From Ophelia neglecta (taxonomy: Eukaryota), in the NCBI GenBank assembly GCA_965285935.1, contig OZ260663.1, forward strand, positions 100,812,001 to 100,876,000: 64,000 nt of DNA. The letters are read 5' to 3'. The translations under genes and the position numbers were made by a program. The notes under the pieces are model-generated. The model made no database searches. It saw only the letters and a list, made by a program, of their open reading frames with translations, and was not told the DNA's origin. Below are positions 49,897 through 62,400 of this stretch, in pieces (the first letter of the stretch is position 1; each line of letters opens with the position of its first letter).

Positions 49897-52800
49897 GTAG
49901 TCAGGATGGATCTGACAGAGCGAATCTGTCGCTCCCAAACGCCACCAAAATGACTAGAATACGGTGGGTTCATCTGGAAAGAGAAGTCACAGTTGTTGCT
50001 TAGGAGAAATTGCTTGATACTACTGTGGTTCATCTCCTTCCAACATTCAGAAATTTCGCGTTTTGCTCCTACGAAATTTGTGCCCTGATCAGACCGCAAT
50101 ACGCGAATGGGTCCACGGAGGGCAATGAAACGACGGAGTGAATTGATGAAAGATGAGGTATCTAATGATGGAACAACTTCGATATGGACGGCTCTACACG
50201 CTAGACATGTATAAAGCGCCCCGTACCTCTTTACGCGCTTACGACCTTCAGTTACACACCATGGACCAAAGAGATCTACGGCACAGAAGGAAAAGGGTGG
50301 AGCAGAATCCAATCGATCCTTGGGGAGATCGGCCATTATCTGAGAGACTGGCTGACCACGATATTTTCTGCACAGGACACATTTGTGAAACAGCGGAAGA
50401 ACAACCTATGACCCAAAACCCACTATTTCGGATCATGTTAACGGTCATGCCACGGCCTTGGTGCTGTACAAGTTCATGACAGTATTGGATAATGAGGCGT
50501 GTAGCCAAATGCCTCCTCGGTAGGACCAGTGGAAACATTTCGTCAAATGTCAAGTCCGCTCGTCTCAAGCGACCACCTACCCTTAAAAGGCCGTCTTCAT
50601 CAATGAAAGGGTCCAATTTATACAATTGACTGCCTTTCTTCAAGACTGCGTGGCGTTCCTTTACACGAACTCTATCGGTTTCGGAGGCAGAAACATTAAA
50701 AGAAGACAGAACCCTCAGTTCAGTTTCGAAGGCTTCGGCTTGGGTCAGCCGAACAATCTCCCTCCCAGAAATGGAGATATCTTCTGGTGTAACGGGTAAG
50801 TTTGCAGGTTTCTGTCTTGATCGTGCTTTATATTTCAGACAAAGTGCGATGGCTCGTTTTGCTTTGAACCAGTCTGAGAAATAACCAAGAAGGCTAGACA
50901 CGGACATGATCGGATAGTTGACTGACAACGAGTGCACTTTAACTGCCTTGACTTCGGGATCGGAGACTGTGAATTCGAGATCCTTCCCGAGAGATTGAAC
51001 CGGAAGCTCTGGCTTCCACAAAAAGGGGGGGCATCTGAGCCATATGGAACTTTCAACAAACTGCCTTGTGGACATACCTCTCGACGCTTCATCGGCCGGA
51101 TTTTCACCCGTCGCTACGTAACCCCATTGGCATGGCTTGGTCTGATCCCTAATTTGTTGGACTCTATTGGCTACAAATGTGTGAAATCTCTTTGCATCAT
51201 TTGAGATATAACCTAGCACAATCATACTGTCCGACCAGAAGTACTCCACAACGTTTTCATAATCAAGCTCTTTCCTTAGAATATTGCTGACCCTTACAGA
51301 TACGAGAGCAGCGGTCAGCTCCAGTCGTGGTACGGTGATCACCCTCATAGGCGCTACCCGAGCATTCCCATGCCGAATGAGCAATGAACTCGCCCTGTAC
51401 CGTCAATCAAGCGAAGGTAAGAACATTGACCATAGCCAAATGTACTAGCGTCGGAAAAGTGATGCAACTGCACCCCAACACAATCGAAACTGCGGGGACA
51501 AAACGATCTATTGATTTGGAGTGAGTCAAGGAGAAACAGACTTTCACGCCACTGCTCCCACAGCATTCTGCACTCTTGGGGAATCGTTTCGTCCCAGCCT
51601 GCGCCATCTCGACAGAGCGACTGCAAAATCGACTTTCCGACTAAAACCACAGGTGTTATCAGACCCAGCGGGTCGTAGATAGAACTGACTGTGGACAGAA
51701 CTCCTCTGCGAGTGAGGGGCCTATCCTGCAGGGTTATTCGGAATTTTATTGTATCTGACTCAATACACCAATAGAGACCGAGGGCTTTCTCGATGGGGAG
51801 TGGATCGTTCGACAGTACATCGAATTCTTGAAGACCACAGGCCCGGTCTTCCGGCCTCACAGCATCAATCAATTCCCTAGCATTGGAAACGATTTTGTGC
51901 AAGCGTAAACCACCATTAGCACAGAGAATTTGGGCTTGTTTAACCAATTCGATTGCTTCATCCACTGTTGGGAGAGAAGCGAGGCCATCATCAACGTAGA
52001 AATTGTGGCGAATGAAATCTGCGGCTGGTCGACCGAACTGCTCTTCGCCGTCGTCAGCCAACCGTTTCAGACCAAAATTGGCGCAGCCTGGGGAGGATGA
52101 TGCGCCAAACAAGTGGACAGTCATACGGTACTCCACAATCGCCTTGCCGTCAAACCACAAGAAACGCAAGTAATCTCGGTGCCTTGCACTGACTGAAAAC
52201 TGGTAAAACATTTTTTCAACGTCACAAGAAAAGGCAACCGAACACTGTCGAAACCGACAGAGAACTCCTATGAGCGTGTTTGTCAGATCGGGTCCTGTAA
52301 GGAGATGACCATTCAAAGATTCGCCCTTGAATGAGGCACTGCAGTCAAAAACCACCCTCAACTTACCCTTATTAGGACCATACACAGCGTGATGAGGAAT
52401 GTACCAAACGTGCCCTGGGGTGCCGTCAGACGTGACTCTTTCAGCATATCTCCGTTGGATCATGTTTTCAGTGAAATCACTCTACTCCCGGTCAGGTTTC
52501 AATCGCATGAGCCGGCGCAAGGCTAGGTGTTTGTTGTTTGGCATAATCGGGTCGTCTTCCTTGAAGGGTAGAGGCATTTCATAGTGTTTATCTCCCCTTT
52601 TGATTATCCCCTTCGACATCATAAATAAGAACTGACTGTCTTCAAAGGAAAGAGGAGGGCCACACTTGTGGTCATCGAAATCCATCTCAAGGATGCTAGT
52701 GACCCTTTCAGTGAGGACCTCATGTACGCTAGTTCGCAAAGTAATAGCGACAGAAGGTAGCTCACTCGTGATGACACAATGGCTCGAACCAAAACCATCA

Positions 52801-55800
52801 CTGTCAACTCCCCTGTTATCTACGATGCCAACTATACCCCAACCCAAATCAGTCCTTATTGCAAAGGGTTCATTGTACAAAGGGGGTATGACATCACGAG
52901 GAGCCAAGGCACGGGAACAGTCATAACCAATGAGGAGACCGATGTGACAGTCACCCAGTGGCATAAGAGAATCGACAATTTTCTCCAAGTGAGGCCATTT
53001 ACTGGCCATTTCAGGGGTAGGAATGTGTGTCCGATCTGCTGGCATAATTTCCCTGGTATATGTAGAGGGCAGCTGTAATTTCAGATCACTGTTGTAACCT
53101 CTAACAACTAAACCGTCTACACGGCAGCTTCGGATGGGTTGGTTAACACACGACATTGTTGATAGGGATAAGTTCACTGGAACACCTGTAATTCCCAATT
53201 TCTCAGAGGTATTTTCTAATACAAATGTGGAATCAGACTGTGAGTCTAACATAGCGTAGACTAACATTTCACGATTTGGTTCGGATTCGTGTGATAACCA
53301 TACGGGGACGATCATAGTGCTTTTTGAGCGAACACTCTCAGACCTATGAATACAGTGAGCCGTTGAACTTGCTTTAACCTCACCTGGCGAGGTTGGTGTT
53401 GTCCTTTCAACACCAGATGACACATTTCCCGGTGAATCACCGTGGAGCAGAGTGGGATGCCTTTTATGACAAGTGTCGCAAGTATCCCGATTCTTATAAA
53501 ATTTGGATCTATGACCGAACTGCAGACAGCCAAAGCAGAGCCTCTGGTCAAAGACAAACTGCCTTCTCTCTTGTAGAGACAAGGCAGACAATCTTCCACA
53601 AGAGCTAGTTTTATGTGTTCCATTACACATAACACATAAAGGTATATACGACGGAACCGTACTGTCATTACTTCTGTGATCAGCGGTCTGCTGCGTAGGC
53701 CTTGAATGTACAATTGATGCGAGCACCTTTTTGGATAAACCCTGCCCTTTATCTGACGAACGATCCTTATCACAGGGAGGAGAGGACCCTCCACCTTTTA
53801 GAGCCTGGAACGAAGTAATGGGGTCACAAGCGATCTCTGCTTCCTGCACTACAAACTCTACAAATTCCTGAAACAAGGGAAAGGACTGGGCTTCCCTTTT
53901 ACCAGTGGCAACAATTCGTGCCCATCGAACAATGACCCTATCGGGGAGTTTCATTAACAATTTCTGGTTTTCCTGTTCATCATTCAGAACAGTGAGCGAG
54001 CGTATAGTCCGCATGGCTACCAAACATTGACGTAAAAAATCTGCAAATTGGCGCAGAGCGGTCCCATCTCTGGGCTGTATCTTAGGCCAAGAAGAAAGCC
54101 TATCTCGAAAGGCCTTTGCTACAATGAAAGGATCTCCGTATCGCTGATCGAGCAAAGTTTTAGCTTCACTATAAGCATCTTCGGTAGACAAAATAAAGCA
54201 ACCCTCTACAACACTTCTGGCCTCTCCACCAAGATAACAATTTCTGGTTTTCCTGTTCATCATTTAGAACAGTGAGCGACCGTATAGTCCGCATGGCTAC
54301 CAAACATTGACGTAAAAAATCTGCAAATTGGCGCAGAGCGGTCCCATCTCTGGGCTGTATCTTAGGCAAAGAAGAAAGCCTATCTCGAAAGGCCTTTGCT
54401 ACAATGAAAGGATCTACGTATCGCTGATCGAGCAAAGTTTTAGCTACACTATAAGCATCTTCGGTAGACAAAATAAAGCAACCCTCTACAACACTTCTGG
54501 CCTCTCCACGAAGATAACGCTTGAGATAATGTATTTTCTCTTCTTGGGGGATATGTCTATGGTCAACCAAGGCAGAAAAGGCTGATTTCCACGCAGGATA
54601 TTGCAGGGTATTCCCTGAGAACACACCGGGCTCGGGAGGGGCCAGCCTATTCAACGACAACTGTTCTGCCAACAGACCTACCATGGCCTCGTTACTCAAA
54701 CCTTGTTGAGATTAGGACGAATGACCAAATGGACATTGCGGAGGGTTTATCAATGGAGATTCTTGCCTGGACGACATCACTGGGCCAGACACGGAAATAG
54801 AGGGAACAAGCGGTGCATATCCATGATAGGGCGCACCTGGCTGAAATTTTGTGAAATGACCAACAGAGGATTGCAACAAGTGTGTTCGTGAAGACTCTTG
54901 TCCAGGAAACGACACTTGATTTGACAACGAACTTGAAAGACCAGGCGGTGCATAGCTATGAAAGGACACAGCAGCTTGGCTAGATGCTAGTCCAGTCATA
55001 GTCGACGATTGCTGCCCATACGTCGGCTGCGTATGCACGGAAATTGTAGAGGAATACATAGTTGACGCCACCGAAGACAAAGTCGGTGCCCTATCGCAAG
55101 ATTTAGACGCAACTGTGGCAGTCGGTTGCATTGTCAGAGTCCGAGCAATCTGATAAGTACTCGAGCCAGCGGAGGGAGTTGGGGCAGGTTCCATCGAAGA
55201 CGTTGATTGGGCAACCTGGTACGATACTGATGCCGCAGCTGCCACCGGACATTCCCCAGGAGTACGTGAGGGAGCAGGGTTTGGATATGTGGTTTGAGAA
55301 TCTAAAAACTTGGATAAAATGATAGATTTATTTTCCACCTCTGACACATCATCCTTTCCCTTACCCAGAGATGCTAAGTCATCGTATTCCTCAAAGGTAT
55401 CTATCACTTTGAGTTGGGCTTCGGTCTCTTCCATTTCCCTCATAGTCTGTAATTGCTCTAAGGCATATTTTTGCTCTGACTCTGCCTTAAGATATTTTGA
55501 TTTTACTTTCAGGGACTCAGAATGCATAGCCAGTTCTAAACGTTTTTGTGAAGTGCTACTAGCACGAGAACTTTTCCTAGACTTTAGGCTCCTGCATCCT
55601 GAGCCTTCACGGTTTGACTTGGGGGGAGGAAAATACAGTCTACCTTCATATACGAGTTTAGACAAGGTACCCCCCGGTATATCAGGTATATTTCCTATGT
55701 CTAAATTGTCCAGTGGACGCCCTAGATTATTTCTATATTCTAGAAATTTCTCTGCCCTGACTGGACCTATTCCATAGATGGTTAGTAAATCATCTTTCGT

Positions 55801-55818
55801 GATGTCATTCACGTCCAT
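49897..55818 (-). pseudogene. Disrupted BEL gag-pol polyprotein (HhH - Gag/DUF1759-like - zinc knuckles - protease - RT - RNase H - integrase)
   Basis: ORF pieces 54712-55818, 54169-54699, 52482-54263, 51354-52463, 50248-51384 and 49746-50336 are collinear. Interruptions: in-frame stops at 54712-54714 and 52482-52484, a 280-bp duplication, and frameshifts near 51370 and 50385. Protease motif is AMLDSQSDSTF. Confidence 0.92.
53955..54518. repeat. 280-bp direct tandem duplication inside gag
   Basis: 53955-54234 is repeated at 54235-54514, with TAAC microhomology at all three junctions and about 6 substitutions between the copies. Confidence 0.93.
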
Positions 55819-56284
55819 GATTGAATGTATGAGTTAGTAAATGGTTGTCACTGTGCAAATGAAGATGAATGAAATCGTTGTTGGTTCCCACAAGTACCTT
55901 TCAAATGGGGTTCGCAAATGAAGGACCAACAACGAAACACAGTATTAAAGGTGCAACACAGTATGAAAATGCCCAAGGAATTGAACTCAATGTCCCTTGG
56001 AAAAGTCATGCATGAAAACTCGAAGTACACACGTGAGCACAATAACAAATTCAAATACAACATGCACATGTTCATTCAAGAGAATACGAAGACTATCAAT
56101 CCATTTAATGTAAAACGATGAAAATGAATTTAAATCACAATAAATTACAGTTCAAACAAGTCCGCGAGAAGAAAGTGCGCCATGCTAGAAATCACAAAAT
56201 GGTGGCTCTGCTATCCTTGACGGAGGAATCCAGGTAGCATACGACACAGCGTAGACGTCGTGAAGGAGTGGCATAGAGTTTCAC

Positions 56285-56842
56285 TGTGGCTGCAGTAGGA
56301 GAAACGATGACTAGGTTTATGTTTCATACGGCTTTATTGTTTCTTACATGAATGCCATGGACACCTTGGGTACCGTGAAACTGTAACAAATAAACTCACG
56401 ATATATTCTTTACATATTGCACAGAGATCACAACACAATTACATATGATAACATATACAAGTAAACGATGTAACGAACCTCTTTGGCCTCTTACAGTTCT
56501 GGCTCCTACATACAGTTATACTGTCGACCGTATCGCTGTCGACATCACCGAGAACACATGCACTGTCGCCGCTCACATAACGACAACCGCTACCGCAGAC
56601 GCGTTGATGACCACTGACCAAATCTCAATATACCAGATATCTTAGTGCCTTACGCAACAGAGCCGAGTCTCGGTACCGGAAGGTAAGGAAAGATCCGAGA
56701 TCGCTGGTCAGGTACCCTGGTCATCAGTAGTGGTCAGCGGTCAGTCACACATGGCTATTTACAGTATACATAAACAGTAGTAACTACTTTCCGACCGGCC
56801 ACTTATACGGCCACTTATACTAATAAAGTAGCAACATTTACA
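56285..56842 (-). repeat. 5-prime LTR of the BEL element (558 bp)
   Basis: Bounded by TG and CA. 56285-56589 matches 49592-49896 with one mismatch by eye. Contains AATAAA on the minus strand. Confidence 0.93.
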
Positions 56843-59437
56843 TTCAATAACATTTCTGCCCAGTGGCCTACATTTCAGGGGAAAATAAAATTAACACAGC
56901 ATATGTACAAAAAAGTTGATAGAGGCTCTGGGAGAAAATGTGGCTACTTTACGTGTTTTTTCACACGAACCCATGAATATCCACTTATCTCGTTCACAAT
57001 CCCACATTTTCAAAATAATAACCTTGCCTTAAATTGTTTAGTGTTCAAAAGCATAGTATCTATATTTTACTATCAATATATATTCCAAGCATTCCACACA
57101 CGTTTCTGCCTTATTGGCCCATCACAGGCCAGCTTGGCCAATCTCGACTACTGGTGCCTTGGGGAATCTCTTATACGAAGTCCACAAGCTTTGTCCACCG
57201 TGACCAAAGCCCACTCATTAGTTACTAGCTTCGCCCACCACGACCGAAACCTAGTCCGAACACCTTCATGTCCGGCTACCGTCTCATTTGATTACCTTCC
57301 GGCTTTGGCTTATAATGCCAGCTACAATTTGGCAGGAATACACCTACTAGCCCTGTGAGAATAGTATGTGAAATGATTCACTCCATGATCAGCTCCCTTG
57401 TTTAGCTCAGGAAAGGCCCCGCGGAGTCTGCATGAACAACGCGTTAAATGACTCACTCCGTGAACAGCTACCTTAAATACATCCCACAGTATCTGCACAG
57501 TTCACAAGCTACAAGAGCTCTAAAGCACTCACTGACATAAACATGTCAACTATAGTAGCTTCTATAACAGCTACAGTAAACCAGTCAATAAAAATTGGAC
57601 TAACAATCAAATTTACTAATACCTAACACTATTAAGCCAAGCACAGTGCTATATGTAGCACGCACACGTTTGAATAGAGAATAGGTCTTATTATGCATTT
57701 TACTATTCCTTGAACTGAGGTTTCTTACTCCAGACAAGAATATCTAATAAAAAACTGTTTCCCAGCTGTAGAGTTTGTGTATGTATGTTCCTACATATAT
57801 TTGGGCGTACCAGGAGAATTGATCATAGCATTGCCCGTGGTCTTTCCAGCACATTAAATTGAACGTTTTTGTATTTCATAGTTTAGTAACGCTTAAAATT
57901 ATAACACAAAGTTATAAACAGTTTTATTTTGTAATGATATTATAATACAAAGCGTAGTGCCAATTATTAATTTTCATATCTTAATACAAAATGTTTGGCA
58001 AGCAAATAGAATATGCCAATATGGCAAGGACCACCGGTATGTTCATTAGTTTGTTTTATTTCATAATTTTTAATTAACTTGATCAACACGATCAACATGC
58101 TGATAACTTGTATTTGTACAGCGTCCTTATTAGCATATGTTGATATCACTGGCGCTACTTTATGACATATTAGAAATCATATCATGACACACTACTTATA
58201 AATACATAACTACTTTGCATATTAAATTTGCAACACTTAGTAACTCGATAAAGAGTACTTTGCTATCGGGAATTGACAAATCCACTCTCACAGTGACCAT
58301 CGAATTGTCAAAATAGGATATAAAACGACAAACCAACATAGTCAAGGCATTTGACATACCTATGCCTCAAATTATAATATCATATAAGAAGAATTACTAA
58401 ATAAAGTCACGTACATATTTTATATTATTACATGTTACTGGGTCACATCTTGTTTAATATATACTCATGCCTTGAATTAATCTAACAATAAAGCAAAACT
58501 TATCTAGACAGACTGTCAACAGACGCACTAAATGAATGCAAATAACACATTTGTATTTGTCAGTGTAGGTCATCAGATAGGAAGAAAAATCAATATGAGT
58601 TGATTATACACAGCAATATATAGACAGATTTTACTAAATAAAAACAAAACCAAAAACATATAGCCATCAGAGCCAGAGCCAGGCAATAATACCAAACGTA
58701 CTTGAATCTATCCCAGACTGGGTGGAAACAACATTGTCACCGTACTGCATTTATGGTAGAAACTGTTTGTGCCCTTCGGATATAAAACTATATCCAAATA
58801 AACCCTTCTTCGAGATATCACTTTTACCATATATTTAAGATTTTTTCAAAGCTGGTCCGAGAATACAGTCTGGCGGTAGCAGAACCATCAGGATTCCGCT
58901 GGTGATCAGTGCACTTAATCACACAAACTTCTATTTCTCGACGATGCAGTTTTATCGGTTAAATGCAGCGCCGGGCTAAATTCCCTCCGAGCCCCCCATT
59001 TACTGATATTCACAAAACCATCAGCCAATGAAGGGCTCGGAAGGCATTAAGCCCGGGCATTTACTCCGGATATGGCAAACAACGAAAACTGCCAAGAGAT
59101 TAAGTCATAAATTCAGGCGCCAAATCTAAAGACTCAGATTGATAGGTAGAAAGTACAAATGGTAGCGAAACATGATTCGATCACAAGAAGCTCCAATCTC
59201 TGTGCTGTTACATTTTTTCATGCGTGTATGTATATACATTGTTAAATTTAGTTTTGTACAGACAGGATGCTATATAAGTGTTCTGGTGTCCTGTGTCCTT
59301 TCTGTTGGGTTTTGTAATTATAATATAAATGATATATGGGCAAGCTTGTACAATGTCCAAAAGTCCCTACTCCGAGTTGGACGTACTTCCATTAATATTT
59401 CTGGCGTTGAAGATACCGGATATCTTGGAGCTCACCC

Positions 59438-62400
59438 TTACTGGAAGTTGGCAAATGTAGCATATCTGGACATGCAGTGCAAGGCCTCATCTGGTTCTGT
59501 GACTTGGAACTCTCTAACAAGGATAGGCCCGACTGTCTCTGTTAATATGATCTCCACTTGTATACCGCCGTACATCTGTCTGTGGTACTCGTCGTCGTCT
59601 GGCCAATACCTCGGATACGACTGGACAGAGATGAAGAGAAACGTGTTGTTTGCAGAGATAGGACACAGCATAATTCATGCGCTTAATGTCTCGCAAGATG
59701 CTTAGCACTTAACTAAATTTATTTCAGATAAACATTACCGTGATTGTAATTGTGGGCATTGGTTCCTGAATGAAGGCAATGATTCATGCTAATACTATTA
59801 TCTTATGTTAAGCTTTCTTACTTTACATATCAGGGTACGATTCATTATGCGGATTACTGGACGTACTAAATGCATTTATCAAAAATATAGATATGGATAA
59901 TCGCCATTACCGAGTCATTCCCATCTTGCTTGTCTAGCAGTACAATAGTAGAGGATTTCTCTTGGTAGACCAGGCGCCAGAAGTCGTTCATTGTGCTGGT
60001 CAGCGGCATTTGGGTGGCGATCATTGCCTTCTCCTTCAGATATGTCTGATCATGTAACAAATAATGCAACAAATAGGATAATTTTGTTTATATCTTGTTT
60101 TGGGGTGAAGTGGGCCGAACCCTATGATAGTGTCTAAACATTATAGTTCACTAGCATCATTTAAACGCTGTCTACAGATTTGAAAACCGTCAAACACTAT
60201 TCCCGGATGGTGGGAGTTATATATTTGTCTAGAAGTTTAAAGGAAATACAGTTGTGCTTAAAATCGAACCCTCCATCTTGCAATGACAGAGGAAATAAAA
60301 ATCCTACATACTTAGTACAAAATAGCAAAAAAGGCCGCATTTACCAAATGCGGCATTATATTGCTTTAAAAGTTACAGCCATTAAGCCCAAATAACCTCA
60401 CTGGGCATATACGACTTTCTTTCATTACGTTCTTACATCCATGTAGACGGCATTGATGTAAGTTCCCTCTTTTTCTGAAGTCTTCTTCAGTACAGGAAAG
60501 TCATCGTCTCCTGTAAGAAGATTAATTAAAGTTAATCAAGGTATACCTTAAGCATAATACAAAACTGCAGATACGGATACAGAGTATTAGGAAATTGGCT
60601 TCATGTATAAGGTTTGGGATGTTTCAGTTAAATTCGTATAGCAAAACCATACTACTAACACCGTTACAACCAAAACTTATTGTTTTTGTACAAGTGCATC
60701 CCGTAATTCACTCGTGTCTCGTATCTAGTTTTAAAGTATGGCATAAACCAAGCTAAAGAAAATACTTCTTAACTTACTTTGAGTTTTTTATTTAGTCTGA
60801 CATTTTTTAATTAAAATCGTTAAAAAAAACCATTCAAACTTGTCTGAACATACTAGGAACGATGTCGTCATTTCTGTTTTTGTCGGCGTTTTCATCCAGA
60901 AGGCCAGTCAGGTTTGCCCTTTGGATTGTCGCTTTGACGCTGTTCAATTTCTAAAGATAATATTAAAAATGTCTTTTCTTTAACAATATTACCGCATTAA
61001 GTGCCAGGCAAAATTATTGTGACAGCCGGATTTTGGTGTCTATAGCTAAGATATTACAATATTAATTCCATATAGTCTGTTTAGCTTGTCCAAAAAGAAT
61101 CAACATTGACACATGTGTATTCCAGAATATTCTTTGTAATACCAGATACCTAGTTACAGGGTTAAAAATACCTCAAATTGTTCTCGCAGGGGTGTCGTCT
61201 CATTTTCATTAACAGTCCCTAGCACGTTCAGTGTCGCCTGAAGGTTAGCGCATGAAATGGAGGTGTCTCCGCAGGCCACATTGTCAAGCAGAACTTTATA
61301 AACGAACTCGTATTGGGCCTGTAATAAGCTATGCTTTAGTGTAAGGCTAAGCATGACGTGATAAGAGAAGAATCAGGCAATAGAAACGACGAGAAGTCGT
61401 TGTGCTCATGAATTGTACTAAAGTTTGTGGCGGCGTAAAGCTACTTTTATCAAGCCACCTTTTGAGGCTATTTAATGCCAATCAGTCTTAAGTGCAAATA
61501 AAGTTGGCTCACTTTGCTGCATTACAAGTCGTATAGTCCAAGAACCAACATACACGTACCATTGATAATGGCACTGAATCGTGGCGGAGTGAAGGACGGA
61601 TTATCTAGCACATAGTACCCTGGGTATACTCTAATGGCCCATAGGTGGATACTTTACCCCATGAACCGTTGGCTAAAGAAAATAAACTGCTGGGAAAGGG
61701 ATCTTCACGTTAAGTACCACAATTCTGTTCACACGAACCTGACATTAGTACCTACCCTTTTACAGACGTTGAGTATGCAAAAGTTATAATCCGTGAAGGT
61801 ATCACGGCTGACCGTGGTGATCCTGTAGTTACCATACTGCTCCTGACCCCCAACCTTCTCAGGCCAGTATCTCTCACACTTCCTCTGTTAACCAGGGAAT
61901 AAGTAAGTCAAATAACTTCACTGTTAAATATATATATGAATTTATACCGGTCTTGAACAATCAAACCTGTTGAATTCCGCTTTCGTCAGATAAAATATAA
62001 TGAACATAATTTAAATATAGCATTGGCTTGCTAAAACATAGTCTTAATAAACTTAGCTACATAGCCAATGATAAACTTTGTAAAGATAATATGGTGACCT
62101 CTTTAGTTTTCATATATCTCATACAGGTATTTTGATTTCCACAACAACTGAATATCAACTGGTCAATACCTTTTTATTTTCTACAAACTTGGTGAGCATT
62201 ACAATTCTATTAGCTTTAGATTGCCAAATCATTCTCCACATATCACGAGTAGTTTGAGGCCTTGGTCCTGAAAAAAGAAAAGAATACCGACCCTGTAAGC
62301 TATGTTAATTAAAGAACTTTTTAATGTAAAGGTTTTGTGTATTTGTGTATAATTAGTAGAGGAAGTCTTTGATGAACGCACCTTGTGAAGCAATGTAAGC

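Larger units (their letters stand above)
49592..56842 (-). mobile_element. BEL/Pao LTR retrotransposon, recent and defective
   Basis: TG...CA termini with a 5-bp TSD TTCAA (49587-49591 and 56843-56847). The paralogous empty site is visible near 16966-16975. Domain order is Gag-PR-RT-RH-IN, with BEL-type motifs CFGC..H..C..C...HPTLLH, YVDD, FSDAS, TVPRLEL, NPADEASRG, SDQGTNF and GGVWERQI. Confidence 0.95.

Noticed and set aside
54712-54714. TAA between the HhH-containing ORF and the Gag core as a programmed read-through or separate ORF
   Set aside because: BEL elements normally have one ORF and this copy has several other lesions, so it is treated as a mutation unless sister copies share it.
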